Positions 1-14,855 of a stretch of 64,000 nt of DNA are shown here, piece by piece. Each line of letters begins with the position of its first letter. Within the stretch, counting starts at the first letter, position 1. The position numbers were made by a program, and so were the translations under genes. The notes beneath the pieces are model-generated. The model made no database searches. It was not told the DNA's origin and saw only the letters and a program-made list of their open reading frames with translations. The DNA is from the human T2T-CHM13v2.0 reference genome, Homo sapiens, in assembly GCA_009914755.4 (NCBI GenBank), contig CP068257.2, forward strand, positions 32,288,001 to 32,352,000, in the 5' to 3' direction.

Positions 1-94
1 TCCTGTAGGGTAAGCTACACTACATTTGACTGAGTTACATAGGGAAGAAAATACATATTGAAGACAACAACAAAATTAATTCTAGGGAGGCAAT

Positions 95-330
95 GTAGTG
101 TAGTCTAAGGAAAATGGACTTCTAAGAGGCCTTGAGGCCTGTGTTCAAATTCTAGTCCCACCTCGTATGACTTTGGGCAAGCGACTTCATCTCCCTGCAT
201 TCGGTTTCCTCATCTGTAAAATGAGGTTAATTATACTTCTATCTCACATGAATCTTTTGATACTGAATAACATAATAAAGCACCCAGCATATAGTAGGGT
301 TCAATAAACGGTAGCCAATTATAGCCCACT
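95..330 (+). mobile_element. MIR SINE
   Basis: It contains the cctcatctgtaaaatgag core and gcacccagcatatagtagg...caataaa at the 3' end. Confidence 0.7.
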
Positions 331-420
331 CTATCAAGTCAAAAAGATACAAAGGCCCAACGGCTCTACTCCTTCCCACTCACCACCACCAAAGATGAAA
401 GGTTAGTAACTCTAGTTTCA

Positions 421-712
421 GGCCAGGTGTGGTAGCTTACACCTTTATTCCCAGCACTTTAGGAGGCCAAGGCAGGTGGGTCACTTGAGCCCAGAAGTTC
501 GAGACAAGCCTGGAGAACACAGTAAAACCTCCATCACTATAAAAAACACACAAAAATTAGCCGGGTGTGGTGGGGGTGCACTGTAATCCCAGCTACTCAG
601 GAAGCTGAGGCAGGAGGATCACCTGAGCCCAGGAGGTTGAGGCTACAGAGGTGTGACTGTGTCACTGCACTCTAGCCTGGGTGACAAAGTGAGACTCTGT
701 CTCAAAAAAATA
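421..712 (+). mobile_element. Alu
   Basis: It has the ggccaggtgtggtag...gtaatcccagctactcaggaagctgaggcagg sequence and an A-tail. Confidence 0.9.
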
Positions 713-1055
713 AACTCTAGAATTCTAGTTTCAGGAAACTACTTCAAGTGGTATTCATAAAATAATTCAAACGTATAATAGAGTCTAAACCACTCTTTTC
801 CAACACATTTTGATGTACTTTACATTTAACCCAGGCCTTATGAATAATCACTGGTTACAGAAGCACTAATAAGATACACGCTGGCTTTTCCAAAGCAAAG
901 GGTCACAGAAGCTGATATAAAAATGAAACAAACATCCCAGGTGACAAGTTACCTTTCCCAATTTCTTGATTTTACCCTGTTTTTCCCTTTTCTTCCTGCA
1001 AAAGGTGACACATGTAATATCAAGGCAAACACAGCAGCAACAACCCGTTACTTAC

Positions 1056-1168
1056 AGATGCAGAGGTCACTGTGCAAGGTACCTCTCCGCGATGGACACT
1101 CATCATGGTAGAAAAGGCAGAAACGACTCCTTGGGTATTGCTTAATCGACCATTTTCAGCAAGCAAAT
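1056..1168 (-). CDS. ATP5PO: ATP5PO exon 5 (completes N, then [37 protein letters not shown]). Exons 6-7 lie outside the window.
   Basis: Exact translation match. The acceptor is ctggcag|AT and the donor is TCT|GTAAGT. Confidence 0.92.
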
Positions 1169-1261
1169 CTGCCAGAGTGAAGGTGTCTCAGTAACAAGAA
1201 ACTCACCTGAACAAGTTATTCATGAAGTTGTATACTCAACCCAAAAAACAAACTTAGATTT

Positions 1262-1550
1262 GTGGCCTTAAAACACCATATACAGGGGCGCATGCCTATA
1301 ATCCCAACTACTGGAGGCTGAGGTGCAAAGATTGCTTGGGGCCATGAGTTCAAGACCAGCCAAAATAGTGAGATCCCATCTCTACAAAAAAACGTTAGGG
1401 CTTGGTGGTGCATGTCTATAGTCCCAGCTACTCAGGAGGCTGAGGCAGGAAGATTGCTTGAGCCTAGGAGTTTAAGGCTGCAGTGTGCTATGACTGTCCT
1501 ACTGCACCCCAGCCTGGGCGACAGAGCAAGATCTTGTCTCTTAAAATCAC
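1262..1550 (+). mobile_element. Alu (5'-truncated)
   Basis: Alu consensus blocks are present. Confidence 0.85.
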
Positions 1551-1572
1551 AGTATATTCAATGTTCTTTAAC

Positions 1573-1901
1573 AATGTGAATGGAGGCCAAGTGCAGTGGC
1601 TCATGCCTGTAATCCCAGCACTTTGGGTGGCCGAGATGGGCAGAGAGCTTGCGTCCAGGAGTAACATGGGTGAAACCCTGGGTAACATGGTGAAACCCTG
1701 CCTCACAAAAAAAAAACTAAAAAATTAGCTGGGCACTCAAAAATTAGTGGCGCATGCGCGCAGTTCCAGCTACTCAGGAGGCTGAGGCAGAAGGATCACT
1801 TAAGCCCAGGAGGCAGAGGTTGCAGTGAGCTGAGACTGTGCCACTGCACTCCAGCTTGGGTGACAGAAAGGGACACCCAGGCTCAAAAAAAAAAAAAAAA
1901 A
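1573..1901 (+). mobile_element. Alu
   Basis: It has ggaggccaagtgcagtggctcatgcctgtaatcccagcactttggg and an A17 tail. Confidence 0.9.
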
Positions 1902-2137
1902 AGAATGGAGAAGATACAACTTGTTATTTAAAACGCATATCCAATTTTTTTTTTTTAAAATAGACTGCACTGACAAGGATTTAAATTAGTAGGTATGGGG
2001 GGTTCTCAGCTTGCAATCTGATTTTCATATTTATGTTGCAGATTGTATGTTTGGCTACAAATTCAAAGATGATATCATGAACACACTTTCTCTGCAACTT
2101 TTATTTTGAGCTGGCTATGAGGATCTGAAAAGCAATC

Positions 2138-2515
<378 letters not shown>

Positions 2516-2793
2516 TCACATTGGCCGCCTCCACAGTTGAAACTACTGACTATACAATTAGACATGCTTAGGTCCTAGTATCCTTTAGACAATGCTCCTC
2601 ACACTTCAATGTGCAAACGATTCACTTAGGGAGCTGGTTAAGATACAGACTCTGATTCAGCAGGTTGCTGTGAGGCCTGAGATTCTTCACTGCCAACAGG
2701 CTCCCAGGTGATGCTGATGCCGCCCACAGTCCATGGACCACATTTCCAGTCATAGTTTCAAGACACCTCAAATGAAAAAGTTCTAATACTCAC

Positions 2794-2923
2794 TGATCAG
2801 GTTGGTAGTGAGGGGAGAGAACCTCTCTTTTGCTGTGATGTCATTTAGGCTTTTCACTTTAATGGAACGCTTCACATAGGGATTCAAAACAGAAGCAGCC
2901 ACTTTGGGTTCCTTCAGGATTTG
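2794..2923 (-). CDS. ATP5PO: ATP5PO exon 4 ([43 protein letters not shown] plus 1 nt)
   Basis: Exact translation match. The acceptor is tttcag|CAA and the donor is ATC A|GTGAGT. The exon ends in phase 1. Confidence 0.92.
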
Positions 2924-2989
2924 CTGAAAGCATCAAAAAATAATTTCTTAAATTTTTTAGAGCACAAATGAAGGATGTGCCATGCACAC

Positions 2990-3277
2990 ACTTTCTTTCT
3001 TTCTTTTTTGGAGACAACGTCTTGCTCCGTCGCTCAGGCTGGAGTGCAGTGGCGCAATCTTGGCTCACACAACCTCCACATCCCGGGTTCAAGCGATTAT
3101 CCTGCCTCAGCCTCCCGAATAGCTGCACCACCATGTCCCGCTAATTTTTTATTTTTAGTAGAAACGGGGTTTCGCCATGTTGACCAGGCTGGTCTTAAAC
3201 TCCTGACCTCGAGTGATCCACCCACCTCGGCCTCCCAAAGTGCTGCGATTACAGGCATGAGCCACTGTGCCCGGCCA
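2990..3277 (-). mobile_element. Alu
   Basis: It has ggagacaacgtcttgctc...gagccactgtgcccggcc. Confidence 0.9.
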
Positions 3278-5371
3278 TACAAACACTTTCTTATGAATTA
3301 AATATTTTATGAATTAAATTAGCACTGCCGAAGAACATATGAAAAAAAGATTATAATCAAACAATTTTCTGACTGCCTTTCAGAATACACTGTGCACTGC
3401 ACCAGGATTTTATATAGAATGATGTTCCTCAAAAAAATTTAAAAATACTGTACGAACTTTCTTAAATTTGTTTTTGCTTTTCAAGAAAGATTATAAAACA
3501 CTAAACAGCCAAACCTTCATTAGACTGCATACTTTAATATATTTAAGAGAGGAGTCGTCTGGTTTTCTAGCAGTGCTATTTCTAGAGTGCAGACCTCACA
3601 ACTGTGCTCTGACCACAGAGGCCTCCGCACCGCTCCCTTGGAGGGGCCCTGCCTCTTACAGAGTCCAGGGAACCCAGCAGATTCTGTGAGGCCTCTGGTG
3701 CTGCCAGAGCGGCCCCAAAGAGTCTGGGAGACAGAGTGGACAATAAAACAGGAGCACAACCATCATGGGAAACAACGTTCTTCTCATTTTGTTGTATCAC
3801 AGTGTCTGAATTCAGTGACCAAGTGCAGCTTCCAGCATGTTGCTCCAGAGTTCCAACAAACGAACAGCAGTTTCCAGTTGAGCACCTTCAGTTAACACAC
3901 CTCTCTATGCTTTTCAATTACGCTCCTAGCACCTCCTCCCAGGCTCCTGGCCAGAATCCTGCCTCTGATCCAGGATACTGGTCAGATACTATCATCCAAT
4001 GCTAACATTTCCACTTGAGTGACCCCACAGAAATGACATTTTTCCATAAAAAATGCAGGAATATACAGATTTAAAGCATTCTGGAATTTGGGTTACCTAG
4101 TTTTTCATGTTTATCTGTGTCTCCTGCATCATCCAGAGGACAGTGCGTATCCTTGTATCATCCTTCCCTCTTAGTGCCAAAACCCTGCTAATATTCAGTG
4201 TCTTAAGGTAATTGCCTCCCTTTTTCTCCATGTCTCGACTGACTGCCAGGCTTTAGACAAACTCTATTCTAATATCCACAATCCAAGTAATTCTCTCCAT
4301 TGTAAACATGATTGTTTCCGTTTAAAATGGGCATAACTGACAAGTAGCAGACAATAACCATCACCTCCAAAAATGCCTGTGTGAGACCCCGTCTGTTCCT
4401 GCATGCCCTTCCCCCAAATGTCTCCAACAACAGGGCTGGGCTCCTGGGCTCTGAGAGAATCATAAGAGTTTATCACACCAGCTAAGACCTTAAGCATTAT
4501 CTGCAGAGATAAATGGATCAAGGAAGGAATATGGAGCTAAAATTATTCTGCCTGTTAAGACGGAAGTTCCAATAGAAGCTCAAGTGAAAAATGAATAAAA
4601 CATAAACAGTACAGAACAGTAATACTTATAGACTATACATACGATGATTAATATAGAACGTAAGTATTATTACTCTATACAACTGGCCTATGAATTGTTT
4701 TTTCTAAACAATAAAAACTTGCAGATATGTGAATTAAAGAATGAAGAATCTTAAAATGAAGAAAAAACCAAACTTCCTCTGAAGAGGCTATATACCAGAC
4801 TGCGTCTCCCTCACCTTTTTTAATGCAGACCTTACTGCCAGTGGTGGCGCTAGAAAATCGAAGGAAGCAACAGAATGTGTAGAAACTTGTTAACTAGAAA
4901 ATTCGGTGAAAACGAAAGCAGACATTCTCCTATTCAGTTACAATGTAGGCTTCTGGTAATATGGTTTATTTATTCTGCTTTTCATGTTTAAAAAAAAAAG
5001 TAAAAAACATCTTGCAGCAGCCTCACAGTCTTTGCCTGTCAGTCCTCTACTACTACTGGGAAGCCCATGCCCCTTTACTAACTCTGCTGCCCAGCGCGCC
5101 CCACCCTGTTATTCTTCCCTCACATTTTGGGAACAAAATAATTAAGAGGTTTACCAAAACAATGAAAAGGTCTACATGGTTACTTCTGGGGTTCTGGCAA
5201 TTGCAAAGGCATCTCTACCAAATGAAAACAACCTGTAAGACATATCTGAGCCTCCTCTGATTCTACAAGCATAGAATATGGCAATTAAAACCTGAGGAAA
5301 AGGTTTCATGAAAACAAATTCTCAGTAAAACCAAATCACAATATATTCTAAACACCTAGCCCATAAGCATA

Positions 5372-5672
<301 letters not shown>

Positions 5673-5999
5673 TATAAGCATAGATTTTTAAAGGTAGCTT
5701 TTAAATTCTCTTCTGAAATAGCAATTTTCCTAAATTACCATCCATTTTAATCTTATATTTCTACCTTTTCTTAGCCCCTAATCTTGGTTCCTAATATTAA
5801 TATCCTTATATGTATCTGTTTGTTCTTTTTATATGTCTTATAATAAAAACCCAATATTATTACTAAAAATGTGTTTACAGACAATGGCTTTTTCCCAGTT
5901 TTTTCTTGCAGGATACACCTCATTAGGAATGCACAAACAACCAAAGGAAAAAATATACAAACAGGAACTTCATATGTAATGAATAGGAAAGCTACTTAC

Positions 6000-6110
6000 T
6001 GCTACTCTCAACAACTCCTTTTCTACTTGCTCCAGCTTATTCTGTTTTGATGCAGCAGAATAAAGAGCTGTGGCATAGCGACCTTCAATACCGTATACCT
6101 GAACAGGAGG
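6000..6110 (-). CDS. ATP5PO: ATP5PO exon 3 ([37 protein letters not shown])
   Basis: Exact 37-codon match to OSCP. The acceptor is tttaaag|CCT and the donor is GCA|GTAAGT. Confidence 0.93.
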
Positions 6111-6289
6111 CTTTAAAAAAAAGGTGAAATAGGAGAGGAAGGAAAAAGGAAAATCAGTTAATAGTATACTCTCAAGAGCAGAATTTAAAATTTATATTTT
6201 AAAAAATGTATCTCTTTAACACAAAACAGTTTAAATATGTCATTCAAGAGCTGTCCTAAATGGCAATTTGCAAATAAATTAGCGATGTT

Positions 6290-6370
6290 TCCTTGGTCAG
6301 GTCACTCAATCTTTGAGCCTCCAATTCCTCATCTGTAAAATGAGGGGCTTAGTAGGCATTGTCTAAAGTC
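6290..6370 (+). mobile_element. MIR fragment
   Basis: It has the gagcctccaattcctcatctgtaaaatgagg core. Confidence 0.6.
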
Positions 6371-6779
6371 CCTTCCAGGTTTACATACCTTTATCAATTA
6401 CTTGTACTTTAATTTTGAGATAAGCTTATGTTTCCTTTGAACTCAGTAACTATTTAGTTTCAAGTATGGGAGGTTGTGAACACTGATAGACAGTTTCGAG
6501 TATGTTAGAGCTAGGAAAACAGGTGTTTATGAAACACACAAGTATACTTTTATACATTTCATACTAACACTACACATTTTCCCTTACATAGCCTCCCTAT
6601 CGATGTTCAGTGTAACAGAGCCCTTTGGCAGTTTACAAAAAAACCTGATGCTTGAATTATTTTTCACAATAAACTATAGACTTTTTTTCTACCATCAATG
6701 TATGACTACATGTTCTTAGTGGTGCTGTATGGTTGTAGTGGGAAAGCTCAGGCTTGGATGAGAAAGATTTAGTTCCAGT

Positions 6780-6870
6780 CCAGCTCTAGGACTAAGCTGA
6801 GTAACCTCAGGTAAATTTTCCCAGGGCCTCAGTTTCCCCTTTTGTAAAATGGGAAGACCAGTTACTCCTT
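6780..6870 (+). mobile_element. MIR fragment
   Basis: It has the gggcctcagtttcccctttttgtaaaatggg core. Confidence 0.6.
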
Positions 6871-7476
6871 AACACTGTTATGAAGTTTTAAGGTCTCACA
6901 TGAAGGATGAAATGATTTTGATCATTTGATTTGAGATTTAGGGCTGGTAATGAGGACGGGACAGGATAATTATCTTCCTAAATTCCACCTGACGTGGGCT
7001 CATTAAGGACACAGACCTGGTATGATCATCTTTCCTTTACACGATTTTTCCAAGGGGCGGACTGGCTCACTGTTGATTTGGTGGGGAAAAGCGTGGGTAG
7101 TATAGTCTGCCCAGCACATCTTAGAAAAGTTCCTGCTCCTTGACAGTTGAACCAATTCTCTATCACACAGGAACTTTCTTTAATCAAATAAAGAATTTCA
7201 AAATAACCCATAGAAATGGAATCAGACTTCATGTTCCAACAGGGTTGTTTCCAGCTGTTAGCCATGTATCATTTCAGGGGGCCTTCTGGGGAACTTCATT
7301 TATTATGTGTCACTAATAGTCCTCTTTATCCGGGGTCAACTGGATTACTTCTGGTTTGAAAAGAAAGGGACTGGCAACTCCCTGAAATAGTGAGCCTCCT
7401 TGGTGCCTACTGGAAAGAAAGGGTGTGAAGAGTATGAATATTTCTCACCAGAATGGAACATGGAGAACTGCATTAG

Positions 7477-7790
<314 letters not shown>

Positions 7791-8161
7791 GTACCTTGAT
7801 TTTAATATCGTCTCCTGTAATAACTTCCTGTGATAACTTGGGCATGTCACTTTGTTAAACCTGTTTCTTTCATTAAAAAAAAAAAAGTAAGTAAATGCTA
7901 GCTTGCCTATTTTAGAGGGTTAATGGAAAAACAAATGATTAAAAAGTTTTCATATTTAAAGATTATGCATGGGCCTGTCAAAAAGCAAATACTCAACACC
8001 ATTCCTTTCCCCACCCTATGCACACAGCACATTTTGGGAACCACAAGTCACGCAAAAAGGTTTAGATAGTAACTACACAAAAATCCACGCCCTGACTGTA
8101 CTGCTGTTTGACTCACACTTTCGCGTACTTTATCATTACAGAAGAATATAAATTAACATAC

Positions 8162-8212
8162 CCTCACAAGCTTGGCAAATGGTCTGACCACAGAGGTACT
8201 GAAGCATCGCAC
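8162..8212 (-). CDS. ATP5PO: ATP5PO exon 2 (VRCFSTSVVRPFAKLVR), phase 0
   Basis: The minus-strand translation matches OSCP residues 13-29 exactly. The AG acceptor is at 8214-8213 and the GTATGT donor follows at 8161 and below. Confidence 0.9.
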
Positions 8213-8743
8213 CTTCAAAGCAATAAAGGAAAATAGATCAAACAAAATTACTTGAAGGATTTCTGCATTTAACTCAATAACAACAAAAAATTTTAAATAA
8301 CCTTAAAATCATTACTTTTGTCTCTTTGTATATTCACATATTACATGAGGGTGAGCTACTTACTATTACTAAGGGGTAAACTTACCCAATGAGGATTATG
8401 CCAAGTTGCTTGGGAAATCACCTTCCCACGAACCTCCTAGTTTGCTAGGAATGGACCGAGGCTAGCATACCCGTAAGACAGAAAAACACTAACTTCCAAG
8501 GAGTGCATGTTTCAAAAATATTTAACCAAAATTTTGGCGTTTCTATTAACAGACCCTTGAGCAGATCATTTGCAACAGACGTACCCTCCTCGGAATGCAA
8601 ATGCTATCTGAAAATAAAGATGAATTTTTTGAGTACTGCCGCAGAGTTTGATCTGACAAGAAGCCTTAGTTCTGAGAGACACTATCCTGCCCATCAAAAG
8701 ACAGAGCTGGAATACACAGTTTAAAAATCACCTGCAAGCGCAC

Positions 8744-8763
8744 AGGTCACAGATCACAGGTCA
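8744..8763 (+). promoter_or_regulatory. AGGTCA direct repeat with an 8-nt spacer (DR8-like nuclear-receptor half-site pair) in ATP5PO intron 1
   Basis: The sequence is gcacAGGTCAcagatcacAGGTCAcct. Confidence 0.25.
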
Positions 8764-9439
8764 CCTTCAAATACTCCAGCTATGGAACGTGTTTTATCAA
8801 AACTGCTTGTGAGGATTAAGACTTTTTAATGCTTATGAAAAAATTACCTAAGATGCCAGGAAGGGGTCATGATATGTAAAGCACCATGGTGAGATGCAGC
8901 ACAAACAGCATAACATTTTTTCAAACTCGATCTTCTGGGTGATTCCGTGGGTTCAAATCTCAATTCTACCACTTACTGACTGAGCAGCCAAAGACTCATT
9001 TAAACTTTTCGGCCTCATTTTATTTATAAAACTGTGAAATGTGTTTTACAAATATTCCTTAGCATTACTAGTAAGTGATCTCTGACAGGTTTTACCACAA
9101 TGGCAAAGGAAGCTGATTTGGGGGCTAGTCCATGCCCCTTCCCCGGAATTCAGCGAAGGGCAGACCCCCTCTCCTGCGCCCCTCAGGCTAGCAGCTTCCA
9201 GGGGCTGTGCTCGGAAGACGCCAAGGTTACGGCACGCGCAGCCCCGCGCCTACTGCCCCGTAGGCATCCCGGGGGACAAACGCTGGGTCGTCCTGAGTCG
9301 CTCCCACTCGCCAGGTCCCATAACCTTGAAGACTGCCAGACTTCCCCAGCCGAAGCATCGCACCCTGGTGCTCGAGGTTTGGTACCGGTCATCCCAGGAG
9401 GGATCCTCCCACTGGCTCTCAGGACCACCTTTCTCTCAC

Positions 9440-9475
9440 CTGCCGGGAGAGCCCGGACACTGCTGGGGCAGCCAT
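9440..9475 (-). CDS. ATP5PO: ATP5PO exon 1, coding part (MAAPAVSGLSRQ). ATG at 9475-9473, GT donor at 9439-9438. The 5'UTR extends upstream to roughly 9600.
   Basis: The reverse complement reads ATG GCT GCC CCA GCA GTG TCC GGG CTC TCC CGG CAG followed by gtg. This matches the known N-terminus of human OSCP. Confidence 0.88.
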
Positions 9476-9526
9476 CTTCTCCCGGGCGGCTGTAGGTCAA
9501 ACCCGAGTGGGAAGAGAGAAACGCGC

Positions 9527-9540
9527 AAGGGCGCACGCGC
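9527..9540. promoter_or_regulatory. NRF-1-like GC palindrome (GCGCACGCGCGCG) in the 5'UTR or proximal promoter
   Basis: This is a one-mismatch match to YGCGCAYGCGCR. Nuclear OXPHOS genes are classic NRF-1 targets. Confidence 0.4.
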
Positions 9541-9560
9541 GCGTTGGCGTAACCGCTAGG

Positions 9561-9574
9561 TTCTCTGGGAAGTG
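9561..9574 (-). promoter_or_regulatory. Second ZNF143-like core (minus strand reads CACTTCCCAGAGAA)
   Basis: A TTCCCAGA core sits about 50 bp from the first motif. Confidence 0.4.
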
Positions 9575-9616
9575 TAGGCGTAGGGCGTCAGGCCGCAGGC
9601 GCAGAGACCTCCCTCG

Positions 9617-9634
9617 GGCTGGGAGTTGTAGTTC
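9617..9634 (-). promoter_or_regulatory. ZNF143/Staf-type motif (minus strand reads ACTACAACTCCCAGCC), roughly 20-60 bp upstream of the likely TSS
   Basis: This matches the extended SBS consensus, an ACTACA submotif followed by a TCCCAG core. Confidence 0.55.
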
Positions 9635-10887
9635 TTAGCAGTGGTAAGGGCTGGACCCTCGGGGTGGAGCCACAGGGCTTCGACTGCATCTGAAAATGAA
9701 GTCATTGTTACTGGCCAAGCGGCGCTCACTGTAGAATGGATTTGCTGTCCCCAGTTTTAAAATTTACATTTAGATAAATATGGTGGCATTTGTTCCATTT
9801 CACAGTTATTACCAGCGTCACTGGCTTCTTTACACTTCCTTCCCAGCATGCTAAAGCCTGCATCAATGGCTTTTTCTCACGTTGCATACAAAGACAAAAC
9901 CAAAACAAAACAAAAAGCCCCCAGGAGCCTTGCAGCTCCAGGAGCGGACACCACGTCTCTCTTACCTGGGCCATGACTACCCATTGTTAAATAAAGAATT
10001 ATTCAGTGATGCTTATTAAAGCATGATAAGGAAGACTTTATTCAGGACCATAGCGATGGGTATAGGACCAGTGCAACAGGGTCTGGGAGTGGGCAGAGAG
10101 ATTGGGCTCAACTCCGAAAGCAGAATGGGCAAATGGGAATTTATGGCCAAGGAGCAGTGCGGGGGTCAGTGGATAGAAAATTACTTAGAGGAAACTGGGG
10201 TAAGAGGGATTCTGGCTAAAATGACCTAGAGGAATCTTGTAGAAGACAGGCCAGGGTGATCAGACATCACCTGGGGGATGGTGAAGGATGAAGACCCTGA
10301 TCAGATATCAAAGATGATCGGTTGTCGAAGATTGGGGGTTCTGGCTAAACTGACTTAGCAGTTTTGCTAAAACTGGACTTTACAAGGAGGTGCATAGATA
10401 GGACTACGAGAAGGTTCAGAAGTCTCACTAAAGTTTGGCCAAGCAAAAGCAAAGAATCCCTGTGGCCCTCCATTCCCCTCCCCTCTCCCCCATCTCACCT
10501 GAGTATAGAACTGAGCTGTTGGTTTGTGAGGGCATATGGGATTCTGGTACCTAGATTCTTGATTCTGGCTAGGGCAGAGTGGCTATCTGAGCATCAGGCC
10601 TAAAATAGGAGAACCCGGGTTTGAGCAAATTTGATATTGAAACTGAGAACTGGATACTAGCCTTGGATATAGTTTGTCTGCATCCATAAAAACAACCTAT
10701 CTTCAACCCATTCTCTCTAAATAGAACTTGGTCGAATTTTCTCCTCTGTCAGAGAAGAGACTGGCTGGCAGAGCAAGGGTCAGTATTCCTGGTTGTAATA
10801 GTGGGGGTTCTGTAATCAACTTAAAAGAAAAATTCTCTGCTCAGATTTATTATAGAAACACGTTAATTCACTATTTTGCCCTTTTAG

Positions 10888-11229
<342 letters not shown>

Positions 11230-11511
11230 TAAAGAAAGTAATTGTCCTCTTTTCTTCCACTCGGAGGCAATTGTTGTAAATATTTTGGTGTCTTGTTTCT
11301 CAATATTTGTTTAGGCTGTGGCCTGAACTACCCTGGCCTGAATCCCAATCAGTTCCTTGGCCCAATTATATAACTTCTCTGTGCTTCAGTTTATTATCTA
11401 TAAAATGGGTATTATAATAGTATCTGCCTATAGGTCATTAGAAGAAACAAAAAGGTATACATGTAAAGTGCTTAGAACAATTGCCTGAGAGAGTGGTGCT
11501 TATTAATTTAG

Positions 11512-11816
11512 TCTTTTTTTTTTTTTTTTGAGACAATGCCTTGCTCTGTCACCAGGCTGGAGTGCAGTTGTGTGATCACGACTCACTGCAACCTTGACCT
11601 CCTAGGCTCAAGCAATCCTTCCACCTTAGCCTCCCCAGTAGCTGGGCCTACAGACACATGCTACCAAGCCTGGCTAATACAACATTTTTTTTTATTTTAG
11701 AGATGAGGGTCTCACTATGTTGCTCAGACTTGTCTCCAACTCCTGGGCTCAAGCAGTCTTCCCACCTCAGCTTCCCAAGTAGCTGGGACTACAAGTGCAC
11801 GCCACCACACCCGGTT
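11512..11816 (-). mobile_element. Alu (older, diverged)
   Basis: It matches the Alu consensus with many substitutions. Confidence 0.85.
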
Positions 11817-12156
11817 ATGTTAGCTCTTTATTTTGTTTGCTTTTATTATACATGCAGATTAACAATCTTTATACAGTTTGGTATTTTGCCATTTTCTTTA
11901 ATGCAAGAAAGAAAAGGATGCAAAATTACATATGAGTTATGCATTCATGCTTATAATATAAGCATATTTCCAAATTATAAAAGTTTCTAAGTATCATTTT
12001 AATGGCTGCAGGGTAGTCCATCAAGTGAATATTCTGCAACTTAATTATTCTATGATTTTTGAACATAATTCAGATGATTTCCTTTTTTCTTTTTGCTATT
12101 TTAAACAATACTGAATCTTCTAAGCATATTTAGACATATATTTCTCTTCTTTCTTT

Positions 12157-12412
<256 letters not shown>

Positions 12413-12475
12413 TAAAAAAAAAGAAATGGTGTTGGCTCTTTTGCCCTGGAGTACAGTGGCTATTCACAGGCATGA

Positions 12476-13068
<593 letters not shown>

Positions 13069-13539
13069 TAGGAAAATTTCCGAATAGATTTCCAGAATTT
13101 ACACAACTTGGTGAGAGAATATGAGTACTCTAAGAGCCTCTGATGCATGAGGCCAAGCTGCTTTTCAAAATTTTAACCAATTTATACTTTCCGTAGCAGC
13201 ACATGAAAACCCTTGTTTCACTCTACTCTGCAAACTTTCAGAGACTATTTTCAAATAAGCCTAATGAAAAGTATTCAACACATTATTTAACACAATTTAT
13301 TGAGCAGCTATTACATGTAGCCAGCTGTTCTATTCACTGAGGCTACAACAGGATACAAGACACAGTGCCTACCTTTATAAACTTTATATTCTATGAGAAA
13401 TTAAACTGCAAAACCTGTGTTTTCTGAAGTGTGGGTGTTAACAGATGTAATACAAATAAAAAGTTCTAGGGTCAACTATACTTGGGAAACTCTAGACTCT
13501 GAATATAATTCAGATGGTTTCTGCTTTTTGTTTTTTTTT

Positions 13540-13886
<347 letters not shown>

Positions 13887-14089
13887 TAAACAATTCTGAA
13901 TCTTCTAAGCATCTTTTTTTATATCTAGAAAAATTTTGAAATAGATTTCCAAAACTGACACAACTTGGTGAGAGAAAATTGAAAAGCTGCATGGAAAATT
14001 AATTATAAGGAGAAAAAAGGAAAAAAAATTAATTATAAGTAAACTGTAAGGTTGCACAGCAGCAGAGAAATGCCCTCTGTTTATTTTGT

Positions 14090-14190
14090 ATTTACCCAAG
14101 GATGATCTCAAACTCCTGGCTTCCAGATCCACCCACCTCGGCCTCTCAAAGTGCTGAGATTACAGGTGTGAGCCGCCGCGCTTGGTGCCC
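14090..14190 (-). mobile_element. Alu fragment (left-arm end)
   Basis: It contains cctcggcctctcaaagtgctgagattacaggtgtgagccgccgcgc. Confidence 0.75.
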
Positions 14191-14855
14191 TGCCCCCAAC
14201 TTTTTGACATTTTAAACAATTCTGAATCTTCTAAACATATTAAGACACACTTTCTTTCATATCTAGAATAATTTCCAGCCACTTGCACATCTCCAAAATA
14301 GTGGTTTATGGTCATTTCAATTTTAGGATTTGTTAACTGGTTGCACATATATGGTTTCATTTTTATTTTGAGTTTTAGGATGACTCGAGATGTAGATGGG
14401 CTTGGTATTCCCCCATTTTATAGATGGTGAAAACGTTTTGGATCCTGCTTACGCAGCTTGTCTAGGAAATGGCAATTTGCATCTCAAACCCAGGCACCTG
14501 CACCAAGTCCCATCTCTTTCCATCTCTATGGTTGAAAGAATAAGTGAATCATTCAGGATGTGTTTCTGGAATGGGATTTTGAAGCTAGCCTGTATTTTAG
14601 TGGTGTGGGCAAAGGGAGAAACACAGAAGCCCTGAAGCCTGATAACACTGCATCCACACCTCCCTCCTGCCTGCTCTTGGATTTCTGGGTGCCTGTAGGC
14701 AAATCACTGTGATGTCAGGCCAGGGCGCCATGTGCAAACTCCCATGTGGAGGGAACTGGCAGAAACTTCCCAGCTGTGACACTGCCACACCCTCTGCTAT
14801 GCAAGAACAGAGCATTTGGAAAGGAACAAAAAGTTGTATCCTATAAGGGAAGAGG

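Larger units (their letters stand above)
9100..9720. promoter_or_regulatory. CpG island and core promoter of ATP5PO (exon 1 and flanks). It may be bidirectional.
   Basis: There is very high CpG density (gcgcacgcgcgcg, cgtagggcgtcaggccgcaggcgc) around the exon-1 start codon. There is no TATA box, as is typical for a housekeeping mitochondrial-protein gene. Confidence 0.8.

Noticed and set aside
1-1055. ATP5PO exons 6-7, searched for the PLEEATLSELKTVLKSFLSQGQ coding sequence
   Set aside because: No match on the minus strand in 1-1055. The region looks intronic (MIR and Alu), so these exons are outside the window.
4560-4700. An AT-rich stretch with repeated acagtacagaacagtaatac motifs in intron 3
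   Set aside because: Only 2-3 imperfect copies are present, with no clear periodicity. This is ordinary intronic low complexity.
9100-9559. ORFs of 131, 117 and 77 aa across the CpG island
   Set aside because: This is a GC-rich promoter and 5'UTR region that gives long random ORFs. The real coding frame is only the 12-codon ATP5PO exon 1, followed by a GT donor.
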